Shown piece after piece: positions 60,069-64,000 of a stretch of 64,000 nucleotides of DNA. Each line of letters begins with the position of its first letter. The first letter of the stretch is position 1. The notes under the pieces are model-generated. The model was given only the letters and a program-made list of their open reading frames with translations, did not search any database and was not told where the DNA came from. A program made the translations under genes and the position numbers. The stretch is from an uncultured bacterium (lineage in GTDB: Bacteria > Patescibacteriota > Minisyncoccia > Phycocordibacterales > CAIZLB01), in NCBI GenBank assembly GCA_903936565.1, contig CAIZVZ010000001.1:95905-159904 (forward strand), read 5' to 3'.

Positions 60069-60920
60069 ATGAAATTAACCAAAGACTTGATAAAAATACT
60101 TGGTTTAACTGATTATGAAGTTACAATCCTCAAAGCCTTGAAGGAGAAAGAATTTATAATTCAAGATCTCGCTACACACACGGAGATACCAAGAACCTCA
60201 CTATACTATGCCCTACCCCACTTGGTGGAGCGTGGCTTTATCGAATCTTTTAGAAGAAGCAGGAAGACGTATTGGAGAAGTATATACAATGAGACCATTG
60301 ATGGATTCTTTGAAAAGCATAGATCCAACAAAGTTGAGATTGAAGAAGGCATAGTTGAGACATCTAACACGGGGGATAATTTCATCAAGAGAATTTCTCC
60401 AAGATCTAAGGTCTATTTTTACAATGGAAAGAATAAGGCTGTTAATGTTTTTAGAGATATGGAAAAGCTACCACCACACAGTAGATTCTACGGAATTCAA
60501 CCTGAAGCTTCAATTGTTGGTGGTATAAATCGAAACAGACTGGAAGATATCATTGATTTCAACAAGAGGGTCAAATCATCAAAATTTATCGTTGAAGGAA
60601 TCATCCACGAAAGCGGAACCGAGAGTATGGTCCAATCACTTTCCCCTACTGATAAAAAGAGACTACTTGATAGTTTCTCCGGAAGAAGCGCCGACACCGC
60701 AAAATTACCTGAAGGCTTTCTTAACGACACAAAGGCTGAGATTTATTTGTACGATAATAAGAAAGTTGCAATTGTTAACTGGTATGAAGACTTTGCTGTA
60801 ATAATTGAGAACAAAGATGTTTTTGATTTGTTAATTGAAATGTTTAAGTCCACAAAGTACATGTTGAAGAAATACGATCAGAACGAAAAGATTGCAAGAA
60901 AGTTAGTGGAGTTGGGATAA
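60069..60920 (+). CDS. TrmB-like regulator, module 9 (closest to module 4 regulator)
   Basis: IPRTSLYYALP.L..RGFI, GRSAD.AK.P..FL, YDQNEKIAR.LV. Confidence 0.82.
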   Translation: MKLTKDLIKILGLTDYEVTILKALKEKEFIIQDLATHTEIPRTSLYYALPHLVERGFIESFRRSRKTYWRSIYNETIDGFFEKHRSNKVEIEEGIVETSNTGDNFIKRISPRSKVYFYNGKNKAVNVFRDMEKLPPHSRFYGIQPEASIVGGINRNRLEDIIDFNKRVKSSKFIVEGIIHESGTESMVQSLSPTDKKRLLDSFSGRSADTAKLPEGFLNDTKAEIYLYDNKKVAIVNWYEDFAVIIENKDVFDLLIEMFKSTKYMLKKYDQNEKIARKLVELG

Positions 60921-61042
60921 AATTAGCAAAAGTAAAAGCCCTACTCTCTTCTCGAGGTTCGGGCTCTATCTTGATGTTTATGGGATATAACCAATGGCAT
61001 ACATTACCAGATGGGGATACCATCATTAGACGGCGGCGACCA

Positions 61043-61513
61043 TCAAGGAGTGACGGTAACATCAACCCCTTTATTTGCCTTAGACCTAGCTGGACGCAGA
61101 GCTACTGCATATACAGCAAGGCACTCCTCACAAGTTTCGCCATTCTTGAGTGTGCGGACTACAACCTTCCGAATAACCCTGACTGGGTCGCCTACTCGTA
61201 CATTGCCACGGAGGATAATATTGATCGGTTTGCAGTAGCCACCATCTACTTGATTTTCCAATAAGTAGTCTTTGGTCTCGTAATGAGACAAAATACCGCC
61301 GATGGGCATCTCGACGGTTGCTTTCCCAGTAGGATCAACACCGAGCAGCATCCCCCTTGTGGTGTATGTCACTTCATACACCACAGCCTTCTGTTTTTTA
61401 TCGTCGCAAGACATGAGGAAGCACGTCAAATTTCCGACGAAGATGAAAATGCAGATTAAGCTGCACGCTTGCGTGAAGGTCACGCGACCGTTTTTATCGC
61501 TGTTGTTAGCCAT
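61043..61513 (-). CDS. Hypothetical lipoprotein-like ORFan
   Basis: Hydrophobic segment ending FLMSC; CEEC; ATG 61513 preferred. Confidence 0.5.
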   Translation of the reverse strand: MANNSDKNGRVTFTQACSLICIFIFVGNLTCFLMSCDDKKQKAVVYEVTYTTRGMLLGVDPTGKATVEMPIGGILSHYETKDYLLENQVDGGYCKPINIILRGNVRVGDPVRVIRKVVVRTLKNGETCEECLAVYAVALRPARSKANKGVDVTVTP

Positions 61514-61755
61514 AGTCAAAGACTCAAAATGCAATCCGTACGATTGACACCCTTTATTTAATAGAATTTAAATCTTTAATTATAGCTAACAAGCACAATT
61601 CTTTTAAAGATCTTTATTTGCATTATCATATCCTCAAATACAGTTATGTCAAGTAATAAGTTGACATATTAGATATTGTATTACAACATTTTATTCGGGT
61701 TTTCTAGCCAAATGGGCAATGTTTATCAATAATGTGTACCTACAGATAAGATGCT

Positions 61756-62916
61756 TTAGATTTTAGCATCCACCATCTCCCCACCCACAACCCCCTTCAC
61801 AACAAACGCACCATCCTCGGTAATCACAAACCCCTTCTCATCAAAGACAATTTCTGGCATTGAAGATCCTTTAGTGAATTTTATTTTTGTAAGTTCATTC
61901 ATTATTCCTTCTCTACTCAATTCTCCGTCACTCGCCATCGCCTTCCTCATCGCCTCTGTAGCAACAAGCATTGCATCGTATGAAGTAACAGCACTTGGTG
62001 AAAGTGGTTTAGAACCAAACCTTACTGCGTACGCCCTTTCAAATTCCGCATATTTTGAATCTTGCCCTGGAGTACTGTAATAAAGGGAACCTTCGAGAGT
62101 CGGAGCGCAATTTGCCAACGCCTTAGGTGTTCCAGCTGATCCTGTTGAAAGAAGTGGTACATTTAAACCTTGATTCTTTGCTTGTTGAATAAACAGACAT
62201 TCTAAATCTGCGTATGACCCAAAGACAGCATCGGGATTTGACTGCTTCGCTTTTGCAATCAAGGTCTTGTAATCAGTATTAGCTAAATCATTTCCATATT
62301 CCTCACTAACAATTTCCACACCATAATCCCCTGCATATTTCTTCATCAAGTCCGATGTATATTTCCAAAATCCAAAGTTGGCAGGTTCTACAATTGCAAT
62401 TCTCTTATACCCATTCTCCTTTGCAAACTTTAGTATAGTCTTAATTCCAACTTCATCGGAATAGAATGTTCCAAAGAAATATGGTGAAGAAACTTTCTCT
62501 TCAACTTGAGGAGAAGAGTTTGGGCTGATTATTGGAATTTTCAAATCCAAAGATAATGGGACTGCAATTGAAGCAGAGTCATCCCACTGTGGGCCAACTA
62601 TCGCCAAGACCTTATCAACAGTCACAAGCTTTTGCACTGCCGATGAAGTAACCTTTAGCTTATCAATAGATACATCTTCACTTATCATCTCCAACCTCCT
62701 TCCACCCACTCCGCCGTTTTTATTCACATATTCAACAGCAAGCAGGGCTCCATTGCGCTCTTCTTGGCCGACATCAGATCCAAAGCCACTCAAGGCCGAT
62801 ATTTGCCCCACCTTGATGACTCCACTCTCTTTTAGGCCTTTATCATCAGAGAGATACAAATATCCTCCTAAAACCCCTATTAATACAATTACGGCCGTAA
62901 TATTTATTTTTTTCAT
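61756..62916 (-). CDS. LivJ-like SBP, array member 10
   Basis: VGQISALSG, VNKNGGVGGR, DYKTLIAKAK..NPD, SYDA, IVFDEKG. Confidence 0.92.
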   Translation of the reverse strand: MKKINITAVIVLIGVLGGYLYLSDDKGLKESGVIKVGQISALSGFGSDVGQEERNGALLAVEYVNKNGGVGGRRLEMISEDVSIDKLKVTSSAVQKLVTVDKVLAIVGPQWDDSASIAVPLSLDLKIPIISPNSSPQVEEKVSSPYFFGTFYSDEVGIKTILKFAKENGYKRIAIVEPANFGFWKYTSDLMKKYAGDYGVEIVSEEYGNDLANTDYKTLIAKAKQSNPDAVFGSYADLECLFIQQAKNQGLNVPLLSTGSAGTPKALANCAPTLEGSLYYSTPGQDSKYAEFERAYAVRFGSKPLSPSAVTSYDAMLVATEAMRKAMASDGELSREGIMNELTKIKFTKGSSMPEIVFDEKGFVITEDGAFVVKGVVGGEMVDAKI

Positions 62917-62960
62917 GATTACTATTGTTTAATTATTAATGTTGTTGTATTATATTGGGT

Positions 62961-63734
62961 ATGGAAAATAAAACAAACTCTCCACTTCTGGAGAAGAACA
63001 TAGGCTCAATCTTGAAGAGGCAGGGATTTACAAATAACGAAGTTTTGATTTATGAGTATCTACTAAAGAACGGCAGATCAAAATCCGGACCAATTATTAA
63101 ACATACCAAGGTAGCCAGCTCTGCTTTTTATGAAGCGGTCTCTTCCCTAACAAATAAAGGCTTCATTTCTTATGAGGTAATAAATAATATTAAATTCTAC
63201 AACCCAGAAACACCTGAGAGGCAAATCAATCAATTGCAAAATGATATTGGAGATTTGAAAGCAATTTCTGAAATGCTCGGGGAAATCACTTCCGCACAGC
63301 GCGATAGAAATATGATAAATGTATATGAAGGTAATTACGGATTCAAAAGAGCCTTCGAGGAATTTACAAAGAAAGTAAACAACAAAGATCAAGTTAAAAT
63401 AATTTCTTACAATACGGAATATGAAAAGCAATATGATTTTAGAAAGTTCTTCGTTAATCTTGATAAAGGTATACAAGAGCGAGGTGGTGTTGCAAAAGTC
63501 TTAATGCAAAAGGAGCTTCAGGGATTATTTAAGAAAGAAAGAGCTGGAATAAATATTTATGATATCAAGACTCTCCCCTCCAAATACTTTGGACCATGGG
63601 CAATAGACACAACCCCGCACGAGGTTCTAATCTCCATCATTTCAGATAACCCAGTTGCGATTAGTATTAAGCACCCAATCATCGTAGAGTCATTTAATAA
63701 GAACTTTGATTATTTGTGGGGATCGGCGAAGTAG
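62961..63734 (+). CDS. TrmB-like regulator, module 10
   Basis: GFTNNEVLIYEYLL..FYEAVSSL..KGFI; VYEGNYG; AISIKHP..FDYLW. Confidence 0.88.
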   Translation: MENKTNSPLLEKNIGSILKRQGFTNNEVLIYEYLLKNGRSKSGPIIKHTKVASSAFYEAVSSLTNKGFISYEVINNIKFYNPETPERQINQLQNDIGDLKAISEMLGEITSAQRDRNMINVYEGNYGFKRAFEEFTKKVNNKDQVKIISYNTEYEKQYDFRKFFVNLDKGIQERGGVAKVLMQKELQGLFKKERAGINIYDIKTLPSKYFGPWAIDTTPHEVLISIISDNPVAISIKHPIIVESFNKNFDYLWGSAK

Positions 63735-63757
63735 TGCAACAAAATGGCTAGGCATTT

Positions 63758-63787
63758 AAAAAACAGACATTCGCATGTCTGTTTTTT
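63758..63787. terminator. Bidirectional terminator
   Basis: AAAAAACAGACAT-TCGC-ATGTCTGTTTTTT. Confidence 0.88.
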
Positions 63788-63809
63788 AATTAGCTGTTTA
63801 TTGCTGCTA

Positions 63810-64000
63810 TTATTTTATATCCACCAATTTTTTATTAACAAGCTCCATGATTGGTAGATTCAATCCATTAACCTGATGATTAACAAAATTGAATTTTCCA
63901 GTTAACCCCTTATAGTCTTTGATACCTTCAAGATATTTAACAATCTTGTCTGAGTTCTTACCATTCTCACTGAAGGCATTTATAAATAGATCTAATGAAT
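63810..64000 (-). CDS. C-terminus of LivJ-like SBP, array member 11 (5' part beyond the window)
   Basis: Hand translation ..SLDLFINAFSENGKNSDKIVKYLEGIKDYKGLTGKFNFVNHQVNGLNLPIMELVNKKLVDIK*, matching other SBP tails (IKDYPGLT, KFVDIK). Confidence 0.85.
   Translation of the reverse strand, partial: SLDLFINAFSENGKNSDKIVKYLEGIKDYKGLTGKFNFVNHQVNGLNLPIMELVNKKLVDIK

Noticed and set aside
41846-63734. Regulator C-domains as active PLD nucleases (defence array)
   Set aside because: TrmB sensor domains can be PLD-like, but I see no HxK catalytic motif and the context is transport
40597-64000. Integron cassette array or DGR-diversified locus
   Set aside because: No integrase, attC-like repeats, reverse transcriptase or TR/VR pair visible; paralogues differ along their whole length
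40597-64000. Assembly artefact from collapsed or duplicated repeats
   Set aside because: Paralogues are highly divergent at nucleotide level, with intact frames and distinct junctions; read mapping would still be a useful check
1-64000. Recoded UGA (genetic code 25)
   Set aside because: Conserved genes translate full length under the standard code

Overview
AT-rich bacterial chromosome segment read with the standard genetic code. Gene content and style point to Patescibacteria/CPR, probably Parcubacteria: a short mraZ-rsmH-ftsL-ftsI block, frr-rseP-mreB-mreC-mreD-mrdA-greA, two mreB paralogues, a reduced HolB, priA-def-fmt, and very few Shine-Dalgarno sites (taxonomy is inference). 1-4.1 kb is an accessory patch at the 3' side of tRNA-Glu(CTC) with small repeats. 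4-38 kb is housekeeping DNA interrupted by solitary ORFans that carry their own hairpin terminators and mostly their own promoters. The standout is 38.8-64 kb. A LIV-type ABC translocator (livH, livF, livG; livM not in the window) is split by an array of at least 11 divergent, membrane-anchored LivJ/LivK-like substrate-binding proteins (SBPs). Eight SBPs are each paired head-to-head with their own TrmB-like regulator, and one is paired with a KilA-N protein. Receptor and regulator subfamilies appear to co-vary, at least one pair was duplicated as a unit, and candidate operator palindromes overlap regulator promoters. This suggests a modular one-receptor/one-regulator sensing or scavenging repertoire feeding one shared transporter. 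All family calls come from motif recognition by eye, not database searches. Where an internal start fits better than the ORF-track start, I used it and said so.
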